From positions 79,880-143,879 of the forward strand of contig JANNWY010000196.1 in assembly GCA_031409335.1 (NCBI GenBank): a DNA stretch of 64,000 nt, read 5' to 3'. Shown one piece after another: positions 27,105-37,320 of this stretch. This stretch comes from Chthoniobacteraceae bacterium (GTDB taxonomy: Bacteria > Verrucomicrobiota > Verrucomicrobiia > Chthoniobacterales > Chthoniobacteraceae). A program made the translations under genes and the position numbers. Numbering within the stretch: position 1 is the first letter of the stretch; the number at the start of each line of letters is the position of its first letter. The notes beneath the pieces are model-generated. The model did no database searches. It had not been told where the DNA came from and saw only the letters and a program-made list of their open reading frames with translations.

Positions 27105-28646
27105 ATGGCTGAAGAATCCCAGGAACCAAAAACGGAAAATGCGCCGGCGAAGAAATCGGTGACGATCAAGCGCGTGCAGATCGGGCTAAACGTGATCATC
27201 CAGATCGCGGTGATGATCGTGATCGTCGGGATGGTGAACTATTTCTCGTTCCACCACTTCAAGCGGTTCGACCGCACGCGCGATCAGAAGTATGTCTTGA
27301 GCGAGCAGACGAAGCAGGTGCTTGCGGGTTTGCAGAAACCAGTCACGGCGATTGTATTTTTCTCCAGCGGATCAGAGGTGTATGCGGACGTGGTCGCGCT
27401 TCTCCGCGAGTATGAATATGCGTCGAAGACCAAGTTTAAGACGGAGGTCGTGGACCCATACCGGAATTTCACCCGCGCGCGCGCGCTTCAGGATAGATAC
27501 AAGTTTGGTCAGAACGACAATGTCGTGATCCTGGACTACGAGGGGAAGAGCAAGTTCGTGGAGGCCGCGGATATGGCGGAGGTGGATAACAGCGGGATCA
27601 TGATGGGGCAGCCGCCAGTGGTGAAGGCGTTCAAGGGTGAGCAGTCGATGACGAGTGCGCTGCTCGAGCTGACCGAGGAAAAGCAGAGTAAAATTTACAT
27701 AACCGCCGGGCACGGCGAGCTGGAACTCAATGCAGCGTCGCTGACCGTGGCGGCGACTGGTCCGGAAACGATGAAAGGGCTGGCGACCTACGTCGCGCGG
27801 CAGAACATCAAGACCGGGACGCTCAAACTCGCGGATGTGGAAAAGGTACCAGACGATGCCCGCGCGCTTTTGATTCTCGCGCCAAAGTTCGATTTCACGG
27901 AACGCGAGATGACGCTGCTGCGGGAATATTGGGAGCGGAAGGGCCGGGTGTTCGTGTCGCTGGAGACGGGTCCCGCGATGGAACGACTTGCCGATTTTTT
28001 CGTCGATAACGGCATTCGTCCGCAGGACGACCGGATCGTGCGGCTCGTCACGCTGCCGGGGAATGTGACGGGGATTCTCCGGGAAGTTTCCGCGGCGATC
28101 CAGCCAGGGCATCCCATCACCAAGCGGCTCGGGAATGTGAACTTGCAGTTCATGGGCAAGACGCAATCCATCTATCTCGATCAACAGCGGGCGAAGCCGC
28201 TGGGGATCAGCCTGACTCCGCTGATCGAGGTGGTGGAGAAGAGCTATCACGGCGAAACCGAGAACGCGGGTGGTGACGGAGCACCGATCTTTTTCGATGC
28301 GAAGAAGGACCATACCGTGCCGCTGGCGGTGGCGGTGGCTGTGGAAAAAGGGGCGCTGGCTGACAAGCGCGTGAGCGTGGACACGTCGCGGATGGTCGTG
28401 GTCGGGAACGGTGATTTTTTGCGCGACAGCGCGCTGACGGAAGCGGGATTGGATTTCACGCTGGCGGGCGTCAACTGGCTGCTCAACCGCGAGGAATTGA
28501 TCGCGATCGCGCCAAAAGAGCGGAAAACTTTCGCGCTGAATCTGACCGATGAGCAGATGGCGCAAATCCTCCTTTCGGTGGTTTTTGGAGTTCCCGGACT
28601 CGTCGCGCTGTGCGGCCTGCTGGCGTGGTGGCAGCGGCGGAACTAG
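27105..28646 (+). CDS. GldG-like ABC auxiliary component
   Basis: N-terminal TM segment, RFDRT..YVLSEQT, IYITAGHGE, RMVVVGNGDF, VNWL and a C-terminal TM segment ending WWQRR. Confidence 0.85.
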   Translation: MAEESQEPKTENAPAKKSVTIKRVQIGLNVIIQIAVMIVIVGMVNYFSFHHFKRFDRTRDQKYVLSEQTKQVLAGLQKPVTAIVFFSSGSEVYADVVALLREYEYASKTKFKTEVVDPYRNFTRARALQDRYKFGQNDNVVILDYEGKSKFVEAADMAEVDNSGIMMGQPPVVKAFKGEQSMTSALLELTEEKQSKIYITAGHGELELNAASLTVAATGPETMKGLATYVARQNIKTGTLKLADVEKVPDDARALLILAPKFDFTEREMTLLREYWERKGRVFVSLETGPAMERLADFFVDNGIRPQDDRIVRLVTLPGNVTGILREVSAAIQPGHPITKRLGNVNLQFMGKTQSIYLDQQRAKPLGISLTPLIEVVEKSYHGETENAGGDGAPIFFDAKKDHTVPLAVAVAVEKGALADKRVSVDTSRMVVVGNGDFLRDSALTEAGLDFTLAGVNWLLNREELIAIAPKERKTFALNLTDEQMAQILLSVVFGVPGLVALCGLLAWWQRRN

Positions 28647-28669
28647 CTTTTCACCGGACGTTTTCGACC

Positions 28670-30541
28670 ATGAAATCTCGCAGCACACTCCTCCTCCTGC
28701 TCGCCGCCGGGCTCATTTTCGGGCTCATCAAATTCTACGATTCCAGATACGCGCCGACGCGGGATGCGGCGCGGGATTCAAAGAAACTGATCACGCTCGA
28801 CCGCGACACGATCAATACGATCGCGATCAAAAACGCGGAGGGCGCGATCGAGATGCGGAAGCAGGACAACGATGTCTGGATTCTCGAAAAGCCGGTGAAA
28901 GACCGCGCCAGTTCGCTCGCGATCAGCGGGCTTTTCACCGCGGCGGAGAATTTGAATTTCGACGCGGTGATCGGTGACGACAAGCCGGTGGAGAAAGAGC
29001 AGCTCAAGGAATACGGGCTCGCGAACTCGGAGACGAAGGTGACGTTTGGCGGCGGCGGGAAGGACGTGGAATTGCTCTTCGGCAGGGACGCGGCGGTGGA
29101 CGGGAAGATTTACGCGAAGCTCGCCGACGGGGGGAAAGTGTTCGTCATTTCCACGGAACTGAAGATGCAGATCACGAAAAAGGCGGATGAATATCGGGAA
29201 CGAAAACTGACCGATCTGACGAGCAGCCAGGTGAACAAGATCGCGATCAAAAGCGCGGCGGGCGAAATCGAACTCGAAAAGGAGAACGACCATTGGAAGA
29301 TGTCGAAGCCGCTGAAGGCGCGCTGCGACGATGGCAAGGTCGGCGATCTCATTTCCCAGGCGGCGACCGCGCACATTGATTCATTCGTGGCGGACGCGGC
29401 GAATCTCGCCGCGTACGGATTGCAGGAGCCGCGCGGCACCGTGTCGCTCTTTTCCGAAGGCGGCGACACCCCGACGGTCCTGCACATCGGCGGGGACGCG
29501 AAGGATGTGAAGGACAAGATTTACGCCAAACTTTCGACGCGGGATTCCGTGGTCGTTTTACCTAAAAAAGTGGAGGCGCTGCTGGCGACGAAGCCGAACG
29601 ATCTGCGCGACCGGAGCCTGCTGCGCGTGGAGGCCGACATCGTGGACCGGATCACGATCGAAGGCGCGGGCCGGGAAAAAATCGTGCTCGCGCGGAAGGG
29701 GGAGACGTGGGTGCGGGACAAGGATTTGCCGGTCAATGCGATGGAAGCGGCGCGGCTGCTGAAGGATTTGCAGAATCAACAGGTCGTGAATTTCGAGGCG
29801 GATGTGGCGACGGACTTGCCAGCATACGGGCTCGATCAACCGGCGGTGAAGGTGACGCTGAGTTCCTACGCGTCGGAAAATACGCCGGAGACGAAGGCGG
29901 GCGAGCGCCCAATCGTGACGGTGCTTTTTGGCAGAGTCGATGGCGACAAGGTTTACGCGAAGCTGGATGAGGAACCATTCGTCGTGGCGCTCCCGGTGGA
30001 TGCGCTGGAGGCGATCCGCACCGATCCGATCGAGTGGCAGGAACTCGCGATCTACAAACTGAAGCCGGAGGAAATCACCGCGATCGAAGTCGTGAAGGAC
30101 GGTCAGGCACCCATGTCGCTGGAGCGCGACAAGGACAAATGGAAGCTCGCGAAGGGCGATGGGAATCTGAACCAGGTGAACGTGCAATCGCTCGTGAACA
30201 CACTCGCGACCTTGCGGGCGGTGCGGTGGAACGGTGTCGCGACGGCGGCGGACGGCCTTGAGAAACCGGCGGTGGTCGTGACACTCAGGACGGGCGGAAA
30301 TGTCGCGGGAAAAGTCACGATCGGCGCGCTCGGTGAAGACGGAATGTGGAGCGCCGCCGCGGACGGATTTGCAGGTGTCTTTGCCATGAACAAGCCGGAT
30401 CAGCAGGCGTTTGTCCTCCCGCTGATCGACAAGCCCGCCGCACCCACACCGGCAGCGCAACCGGCACCCGCCGCCGCGCCACCCATGCCCGCGCCCAACG
30501 TGCCCGAAGCCTTGCCCACACCGCCGCCTCCGAATCCGTAG
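28670..30541 (+). CDS. DUF4340-domain protein (three repeats, Pro-rich tail)
   Basis: Repeated L..YGL..P segments and KIYAKL/KVYAKL motifs, in the usual position after gldG-like genes. Confidence 0.8.
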   Translation: MKSRSTLLLLLAAGLIFGLIKFYDSRYAPTRDAARDSKKLITLDRDTINTIAIKNAEGAIEMRKQDNDVWILEKPVKDRASSLAISGLFTAAENLNFDAVIGDDKPVEKEQLKEYGLANSETKVTFGGGGKDVELLFGRDAAVDGKIYAKLADGGKVFVISTELKMQITKKADEYRERKLTDLTSSQVNKIAIKSAAGEIELEKENDHWKMSKPLKARCDDGKVGDLISQAATAHIDSFVADAANLAAYGLQEPRGTVSLFSEGGDTPTVLHIGGDAKDVKDKIYAKLSTRDSVVVLPKKVEALLATKPNDLRDRSLLRVEADIVDRITIEGAGREKIVLARKGETWVRDKDLPVNAMEAARLLKDLQNQQVVNFEADVATDLPAYGLDQPAVKVTLSSYASENTPETKAGERPIVTVLFGRVDGDKVYAKLDEEPFVVALPVDALEAIRTDPIEWQELAIYKLKPEEITAIEVVKDGQAPMSLERDKDKWKLAKGDGNLNQVNVQSLVNTLATLRAVRWNGVATAADGLEKPAVVVTLRTGGNVAGKVTIGALGEDGMWSAAADGFAGVFAMNKPDQQAFVLPLIDKPAAPTPAAQPAPAAAPPMPAPNVPEALPTPPPPNP

Positions 30542-30597
30542 CCAGCGCCGGTCGGCAGCGTTGACGATTTCACCAGTAACCGCCTACCTTCCTCCAA

Positions 30598-32385
30598 ATG
30601 CCTCGAACCCCATGGCTCCTCGTTTTCGGAACGGCGATTGGCGCTGTCGTAGTCGGTTTCTTTTTGGGGCAGAGTCTCAGTGAAAAGCCGTTCGGTCCGA
30701 CTCAAGCCGTGCAGTTGAGGGAAAGCAGCCCGTCACTTTCCGGAAACGTGCCGGTCGAGCGTGGCAGCGCGGAAGCGGGTCGGGAAGCAGTGGTGACTTC
30801 CGCTCAACCGCTCGGCGGGTCGATCGACGACGCGATTGTTCGGATGATGAAAGCGCCGAACAATCCAAGGAGCTATCGCGATCTCCTGCTGGCCACCGCG
30901 CGGTTGGAATTGGCGGATATTCCCGCTGCTTTGGCGCGCGCGAGGAGCCAGGGAAATGCGGGCCGCAATTCCTCGGTGCTCTCCGCGATCATCTCGCGCT
31001 GGGCGGAACTCGATCCAGGGGCCGCGACGCAGTATGCGCTCACCATGCCTGAGCGGAATATGGGCAGCTACCTGATCGCCTCCGCGGCCAGCGAATGGGC
31101 AAGGGCGCAACCGCAAGCTGCCATGACGTGGGCGCTCGGCCAGCCGGTCAGTTCGCAAAAGCGCACCTTGATCGAAGGCATCGCCAGCGGACTCGCGGAG
31201 ACCGATCCCGAGGGAGCGCTCCGTTTCCTGGGCAACAACCCAGGCGAATGGCAGGGAAGCGGTGCCATCTCCCGGATTTTTTCCACATGGGCGGAGCGGG
31301 ATGGAGCCGCGGCGGCGCAACGCGCGCTGGCGCTACCGGTAAATCCAAATCGCACGAGCGCGCTGAACGCGGCCATCGCCGCGTGGGCGGAGCGCGAGCC
31401 CGGCAATGCCTTCGCTTTCGCGAACCAATTGCCCGAGTCCGCGAGCAAGGCGAACGCTGTCATGTCTGCCCTGCAAACGTGGGTGGGCGTCGATCCCGAT
31501 GGCGCGGGCGCGCAGGCGCTCGCGATGCCGGAGGGTGAGATGCGGGAACGTGTCTTGAGCCAGGTCGTGGGGCAGTTGGCGCAGCGCGAACCGGCAAGCG
31601 CGCTGCGTTTCATCGAGCGGATGCCGGCCGGGGAAAGCCGCGATGAGATGCTTGGCACGATCGTGCAGCAAATCGCGGCGACGGATCCGAGGAATGCCGC
31701 CGGCCACCTGAACAGCTTCCCGCAAGGCGCCGCCCGGGCACAGGCCACGACCGGGATCGCCCACGTCTGGGCTCGGCTGGACGGCCCCGCCGCGCTGGCC
31801 TGGGCGCAGAGCCTGCCGGAGAGCGAGGAAAAGGGCGTGGCGCTCAGCGAAGTCTTCGGTGAAATGAGTCGCATGAATCCACAGCAGGCGGCGACGCTTG
31901 CGCTCGGGAAACTGACGGGCGCGGCGCAACTCATGGCGACTGGGACGATCGCGCGCCGCTGGGTGCGCACGGATTCCGCGTCCGCCACCGCCTGGGCAGC
32001 CAGCCTGCCTGCGGGTGAAGTGCGGGATGGCGCTTACAAGAATCTGCTGACCAGTTGGGCTGAGCAGGATCTGATCAAGGCTGGCACTTTCCTAAACAAT
32101 CTGGCACCCGGCTCCACGCGCGACGCGGCCATCATCGGCTATACCTCGAAGGCTGTCGTCGCCGACCCGGAAGGCGCCGCGGTCTGGGCGGCGAGCATCG
32201 CGGAACCGGCCATGCGCGAGACCGCGCTCGGACAGGTGGTCCAGCGCTGGCGGGCGCAGAGCCCGGTGGATGCGAACGCATGGCTCACCCAGACGCAGGT
32301 GCTCAGCGCGGATGCGAAGGCGAAGATATTGGAGCGCGGCAATAATGTTTCCAACCGGGTGTACTTCCAGACCCTCTCCGAGTGA
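30598..32385 (+). CDS. Membrane-anchored alpha-helical repeat protein (W..(D/E)P..A..WA..LP repeats)
   Basis: N-terminal hydrophobic helix followed by more than ten imperfect repeats of about 31 aa. Confidence 0.7.
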   Translation: MPRTPWLLVFGTAIGAVVVGFFLGQSLSEKPFGPTQAVQLRESSPSLSGNVPVERGSAEAGREAVVTSAQPLGGSIDDAIVRMMKAPNNPRSYRDLLLATARLELADIPAALARARSQGNAGRNSSVLSAIISRWAELDPGAATQYALTMPERNMGSYLIASAASEWARAQPQAAMTWALGQPVSSQKRTLIEGIASGLAETDPEGALRFLGNNPGEWQGSGAISRIFSTWAERDGAAAAQRALALPVNPNRTSALNAAIAAWAEREPGNAFAFANQLPESASKANAVMSALQTWVGVDPDGAGAQALAMPEGEMRERVLSQVVGQLAQREPASALRFIERMPAGESRDEMLGTIVQQIAATDPRNAAGHLNSFPQGAARAQATTGIAHVWARLDGPAALAWAQSLPESEEKGVALSEVFGEMSRMNPQQAATLALGKLTGAAQLMATGTIARRWVRTDSASATAWAASLPAGEVRDGAYKNLLTSWAEQDLIKAGTFLNNLAPGSTRDAAIIGYTSKAVVADPEGAAVWAASIAEPAMRETALGQVVQRWRAQSPVDANAWLTQTQVLSADAKAKILERGNNVSNRVYFQTLSE

Positions 32386-34025
32386 TGATGAATACCCATC
32401 GCAACAAAGCACCGGGCTGCGCTGCATGGGTATGCATTACCGCCTTTGCCTTAATGATCTCCCCAGCGGGCAATGCGGTGGAAGCTGGCACAAAGGCGAA
32501 AAAGAAAGCCGATATCGGCGCGGAATTTTTCCATGAACCGACGGTGCGCATCTTCGATTTCAAAGTGCCCGAGGCTGCCTTGCTGGAGCTAAACCAGTCC
32601 TCCCGCACCTACGTTTCCGGACAAATCACCGAAGGCGAACTGGTGCTGGCCAATGTGGGAATTCGATTGAAAGGCATGGGTAGCTTCCGCGGCCTCGATG
32701 AAAAGCCGAGTTTCGCGGTAAAGTTCGACGAGTTCGATGATAAGCAGACTTATCGCGGGCTGAAGAAGCTCATGTTCAACAACTCCTCGCAGGATTCCAC
32801 CTACCTGGCTGAGTTGCTGGCCACGCAGTTGTTTGATGACGCGGGGGTGCCCGCCGCGCGCGTCACCCATGCCCGCGTGCGCCTGAATGACCGCGACCTC
32901 GGGCTTTACGTCGTCATCGAGGCAATGAACAAAGACTTTCTCAAACGCCACTTTGGGAGCGGGAAAGGCAATCTCTACGAAGGTTATCTTCAAGACGTGA
33001 ATGGCCGCCTGGAGCAGGACAATGGCGAGGATCTCACCCGCGCTGATTTGCGCGCGCTTTATGAAGCCTGCACGCTTCCAGACCCATCGGAGCGCTGGGA
33101 ACAGTTGAATAACGTCGTCGATGTGGATCGTTTCCTCTCGTTCATCGCGATGGAGCTGCTGACGACCCATTGGGATGGTTACGCCATTCACTTCAACAAC
33201 TACCGGCTCTATCACGATCCGAAAACGGACAAGCTGGTCTTCATTACCCATGGCCTCGACTGGGCCTTCCGCCGCCCAAACGTTTCGATCGAACCGCCGT
33301 TGAAGAGTGTGATGACGCGCGCGGTTCTGACGACTCCTCAAGGTCAGAAACTTTACCAGGAGCGAATCCGAACTTTGTTCGCAAAGGTGTTTAAGCCACC
33401 GGTCATTGTCGAGCGGATGGAACAGGCGCTCGGAAAGATTCGCAGCGCGGGGTTGAAGCCTGCCGTTCTTGCGCAATTGGAGCGGCGCGCGGATGTGATG
33501 CGCGAGCGCATCCTCCTGCGCGAGACGCGCGTCGATGAGCAACTGCGGGGAATCCCACCGACGCCACTGCCATTCGACGCAAAGGGTTTTGCGCATCCGG
33601 TGTCCTGGCGGGAAGAGCCCGATCGGGGCGACGCGATCGTCGATCGCGTGAAGCTCCAGGGAAAGGACACGCTGCACATTCAGGCTCGTGAAGAACGAAC
33701 GCGCGCATCCTGGCGCTCACAGCTTTGCATGCTGCCAGGCTGGTATCGCTTTGAAGGAATGGCCCGCACGAATGTAACGAGTGGCTATGCTAGGCTGCGC
33801 ATCTCGGGTGATACGCGCGCCGTCGGCGTCTCCGGCGGCACAGGCTGGCAATCCATCGCGCATGATTTTCAAGTGCCGCAAGGTAGCCTCGACGTGGAAC
33901 TCGTGTGCGAGTTGAACGCGGTGCAGGGCGGCGACGTCTGGTTTGATCTCGCCTCGTTGCGCGTGAAGCGAATCACTGCGCAGGAAGTGCGAGTGCTCAA
34001 TCGACAACCCGTGGTGCGGGAGTAA
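32385..34025 (+). CDS. CotH-family secreted protein kinase homologue with C-terminal jelly-roll-like domain
   Basis: Motifs GIRLKG, KPSF.VKF, LGLYVVIE, GNLYEG, HWDGY and NNYRLY. Confidence 0.85.
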   Translation: MMNTHRNKAPGCAAWVCITAFALMISPAGNAVEAGTKAKKKADIGAEFFHEPTVRIFDFKVPEAALLELNQSSRTYVSGQITEGELVLANVGIRLKGMGSFRGLDEKPSFAVKFDEFDDKQTYRGLKKLMFNNSSQDSTYLAELLATQLFDDAGVPAARVTHARVRLNDRDLGLYVVIEAMNKDFLKRHFGSGKGNLYEGYLQDVNGRLEQDNGEDLTRADLRALYEACTLPDPSERWEQLNNVVDVDRFLSFIAMELLTTHWDGYAIHFNNYRLYHDPKTDKLVFITHGLDWAFRRPNVSIEPPLKSVMTRAVLTTPQGQKLYQERIRTLFAKVFKPPVIVERMEQALGKIRSAGLKPAVLAQLERRADVMRERILLRETRVDEQLRGIPPTPLPFDAKGFAHPVSWREEPDRGDAIVDRVKLQGKDTLHIQAREERTRASWRSQLCMLPGWYRFEGMARTNVTSGYARLRISGDTRAVGVSGGTGWQSIAHDFQVPQGSLDVELVCELNAVQGGDVWFDLASLRVKRITAQEVRVLNRQPVVRE

Positions 34026-34066
34026 GAAAGCGTCCCGACACCCGACTAACATCCCACCATTCCACC

Positions 34067-35638
34067 ATGCAAAAATCCTCCGCTGCCATCCTGCTCTTTC
34101 TCGTCTCGCTGTCTGCGAGCGCCCTTTCCGCGCCAAAGCCCAATGGCACCGCCGAGCACATCGTCGTCGTCGTGTGGGATGGCATGAGGCCGGACTACGT
34201 CACGCCGCAGCATTGTCCGACGCTCTATTCACTGGCAACCAACGGCACGTTCTTTCGCCGGAATCATTCCGTGTTCATCAGTTCGACGGAAGTCAACGGC
34301 GCGGCGCTGGTGACCGGTGCCAATCCCGGCAAGAACGGAATCCAGGCGAATACGGATTTTCGCCCGGAGTTGAGCTTCCTGAGTAGCTATGCGACGGAAA
34401 GCCTGGAGGCCGTGCGGCGTGGCGATTTGCTGACGGGCGGTCGATACTTGCAGACTTTTACGATCGCGGAGACGCTTCAGCGAGCGGGCCTCCCCACAAT
34501 CAGCGCTGGTGGCAAGCCGGTCGCATTGCTTCACGACCGATCGTCGCGCAAAGACTCGGAGGCGGCAAAGAAGTCGGTGACAGTTTTTGAAGGCAAGACC
34601 ATCCCGCGCGACGTCAGTGAGGGATTGGCCAAAGTAAATGATGACAAGGCATTTCCCGGCGCGATCACGATTCCAAACACCGGGCAGGACAATTGGACCA
34701 CCCGCTCGGTGGTGCGCGCTCTATGGAAAAACGGCGTGCCCAAGTACACCCTGCTGTGGCTGAGCGAACCGGACAAGAGCCAGCACGACAGCGGGGTGGG
34801 CTCTACCAATGCTTTGGCGGCAATCGAGTCCAGCGACAAGAACCTTGCGGAAGTCATCAAGACGCTCAAGGACAAGGGTGTGTATGAGAAGACGAACATC
34901 TTCGTGGTTTCCGACCATGGCTTCTCCACCATCAGCGCCGGTCCAGACCTAGCTTCGCTTCTCAGGAAGCAGAAGTTCAAAGCGGACAGCAAGCTGGAAG
35001 ATCCCGAGCCTGGGGATGTCATCGTTATCGGTCTTGGCGGGGCCGCGCTGCTCTATGTGGTGGATCGCGACGAATCAGTCGTCCGCCGCCTCGTGGAGTT
35101 CCTGCAAACGACCGACTTTGCCGGGGTGATCTTCTCCCGTCAGAAGCTGGAAGGAACCCTGCCGCTCGAGTCAGTGGGCTACTCCAGCGCGAACAGCAAC
35201 TCGCCAGACATCGTGCTCTCGTTTCGGTGGACGAGTGAGCGCAATGAATACGGCGCACCCGGCATGATGGCATCCACGGGTGGCACTCGTGGCAAGGGCG
35301 CGCACGGCTCCCTCAGCCGGCATGATATGAACAACACACTCGTGGCGGCTGGTCCCGACATTAAGAAAGGTCTCTTAAGCGATGTGCCAAGCGGCAACAT
35401 CGACCTGGCTCCGACCGTGCTATGGCTTCTGGGTGTGGAACCGATCAATCCGATGGATGGTCGCGTCCTTCACGAGGCTCTCGTGCCCAGCAAGGAGCCG
35501 CCACCCAAGGTGAACGTGAAAAAACTCGAAGCGACGCGCGATCTGGGTCTCTTCCGCTGGAAGCAGTATCTCCAGTCCAGCGAAGTCAACGGCACTCTCT
35601 ATTTCGATGAGGGCAACGGGGAAGTAGTGCCGAAGTAA
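34067..35638 (+). CDS. Secreted alkaline phosphatase superfamily nucleotide pyrophosphatase/phosphodiesterase
   Basis: Motifs VVVWDGMRPD, SSTEVN, EPDKSQH, VVSDHGF, GAHGS and IDLAPT. Confidence 0.88.
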   Translation: MQKSSAAILLFLVSLSASALSAPKPNGTAEHIVVVVWDGMRPDYVTPQHCPTLYSLATNGTFFRRNHSVFISSTEVNGAALVTGANPGKNGIQANTDFRPELSFLSSYATESLEAVRRGDLLTGGRYLQTFTIAETLQRAGLPTISAGGKPVALLHDRSSRKDSEAAKKSVTVFEGKTIPRDVSEGLAKVNDDKAFPGAITIPNTGQDNWTTRSVVRALWKNGVPKYTLLWLSEPDKSQHDSGVGSTNALAAIESSDKNLAEVIKTLKDKGVYEKTNIFVVSDHGFSTISAGPDLASLLRKQKFKADSKLEDPEPGDVIVIGLGGAALLYVVDRDESVVRRLVEFLQTTDFAGVIFSRQKLEGTLPLESVGYSSANSNSPDIVLSFRWTSERNEYGAPGMMASTGGTRGKGAHGSLSRHDMNNTLVAAGPDIKKGLLSDVPSGNIDLAPTVLWLLGVEPINPMDGRVLHEALVPSKEPPPKVNVKKLEATRDLGLFRWKQYLQSSEVNGTLYFDEGNGEVVPK

Positions 35639-35677
35639 GCGGGTATGTGAGGTTCCTCGCAACAGTTCACCCAATTC

Positions 35678-37315
35678 ATGGAACCCAGCACCTTCTCCAC
35701 AGGCAGACGGATGGGTAACGTCTTGTTGGTCGCGATCGTGCTTTTCTGCGCGTGCAACCGCCGCGGAAATGCCTTGGCTCAAAAAGTGGCGCAGCCGGAC
35801 AGCCTGTTTGTGACCCGCGAGGTTCCCAAGCTGAGCATCGAGATCTCAGAGGAAGGGATGGAAGTCCTGCGCGGGTACCGCCAAGTCTGGCGCCAGCCCC
35901 GTCCCGAACGCATCGATGTCAAAGCCACGGTTCGGGAAGGGACGAAAGTCTATAAGGACGTCGCGGTTCACCTCAAAGGGTCATACACCTTTCAGCCAAT
36001 TGACGCCCGCCCGTCGCTCACCCTCAATTTCGAGAAGTTTGTCAAAGGTCAGCAGTTTCATGGGCTCACCAAATTGCACCTTAACAATACGGTGCAGGAT
36101 CCGAGTTACCTCAGCGAAGCTTTCGCCAGGGATTTGTTTAACGACATCGGCGTGCCCACCCCGCGCGCGGGTCATGCGCTGGTCACCCTCAATGGGCGGG
36201 CCATGGGTCTCTACGTGCTGGTGGAAGGTGCCAATAAACAGTTCCTCGCGCGGCACTTTCAATCGACCGAGGGTAATCTCTACGACGGCGACAACGGCGC
36301 GGAAATCACTGCGGAGCTGGATGTCGATTCCGGGAAGAATCGAGAGGACCGATCGGAACTCGACCAACTTGCCGAAGCCGCCGAGGAACCTGATTCAGCC
36401 AAGCGTTGGGCGCGGCTCGAACAACTGTTGGATGTCGATGAATTCCTGAGTTTCATCGCGGGCGAAGTGTTGCTCGTCCATTGGGACGGTTACGGGACCG
36501 GTGGACCCAATAACTACCGCGTCTTTCACGATGCCAGCCGCGGTAAGATCGCCTTCATTCCCCAGGGATTGGACCAGTTGCTCAGATCGGGAGCGACCGC
36601 GCAGAAGTTGACGCCGCATTTCACCGGAGTGGTGGCCCGCGGTCTCGTGACCACGCCGGAGGGACGGCGCCGGTATCTGGCGCGGGTCAGCAGCCTCGCC
36701 GCGAAAGAGTTCAGTCGTGAAGCACTGCTCGCGCGGGTCGATCGACTTGCCGTGTCGGTGCGCGCTGGATTGGCACCCGATCGTCAACTGATCGAGAGAT
36801 TCGACGGTGGTGTGAACTATTTGAAATCCGCCATCGCCGCCCGGACCGAAGTCGTCGCCCGCATCCTGAGCCAGCCCTCCCGCCCGATCACATTCGACGC
36901 CTCGAACACCGCCACACCAGCAAACTGGCAATTCAAGACCGGCAACACCCGGCCAGCCAGTGGCAGAAAGCTCGTCATCGACAATCGCGAAGTGCTCCAG
37001 GTCCAGTCTCGCGGAACCGAGACGGTCGGCTCGTGGCGCACTCTGCTGCTGCTCGAAGACGGACGCTATGAGTTCACGGGCCGGGCGCGCGCGGAAGGGA
37101 TCGACGCGGCGGAAGCCACCGGCACCGATGGCGTGATCCTGCGGATTTCCGGGGAGAAATTTCCAAAAAGCAACGCGTCCCCGGAATGGACGACCCTGAG
37201 CTATGAGTTCGAGGTGCATGGCATCGAGGACGTCGAACTCGTCTGTGAATTCCGCGGCTCGCAGGGTACCGGCTCGTTCGATCCAGGCTCGATGCGGCTC
37301 ATCCGGAAGCCGTGA
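35678..37315 (+). CDS. CotH-family kinase homologue, paralogue of 32385-34025
   Basis: Motifs AVHLKG, RPSLTLNF, MGLYVLVE, GNLYDG, HWDGY and NNYRVF. It shares the SWR...LRISG...VELVCE tail. Confidence 0.85.
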   Translation: MEPSTFSTGRRMGNVLLVAIVLFCACNRRGNALAQKVAQPDSLFVTREVPKLSIEISEEGMEVLRGYRQVWRQPRPERIDVKATVREGTKVYKDVAVHLKGSYTFQPIDARPSLTLNFEKFVKGQQFHGLTKLHLNNTVQDPSYLSEAFARDLFNDIGVPTPRAGHALVTLNGRAMGLYVLVEGANKQFLARHFQSTEGNLYDGDNGAEITAELDVDSGKNREDRSELDQLAEAAEEPDSAKRWARLEQLLDVDEFLSFIAGEVLLVHWDGYGTGGPNNYRVFHDASRGKIAFIPQGLDQLLRSGATAQKLTPHFTGVVARGLVTTPEGRRRYLARVSSLAAKEFSREALLARVDRLAVSVRAGLAPDRQLIERFDGGVNYLKSAIAARTEVVARILSQPSRPITFDASNTATPANWQFKTGNTRPASGRKLVIDNREVLQVQSRGTETVGSWRTLLLLEDGRYEFTGRARAEGIDAAEATGTDGVILRISGEKFPKSNASPEWTTLSYEFEVHGIEDVELVCEFRGSQGTGSFDPGSMRLIRKP

Positions 37316-37320
37316 ATCCG

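Noticed and set aside
25304..28646. Gliding-motility locus
   Set aside because: GldAFG-like ABC sets are widespread, and no gldK-N or spr genes are present.
32385..37315. Sporulation genes
   Set aside because: The CotH family is broadly distributed, and no sporulation context is present.
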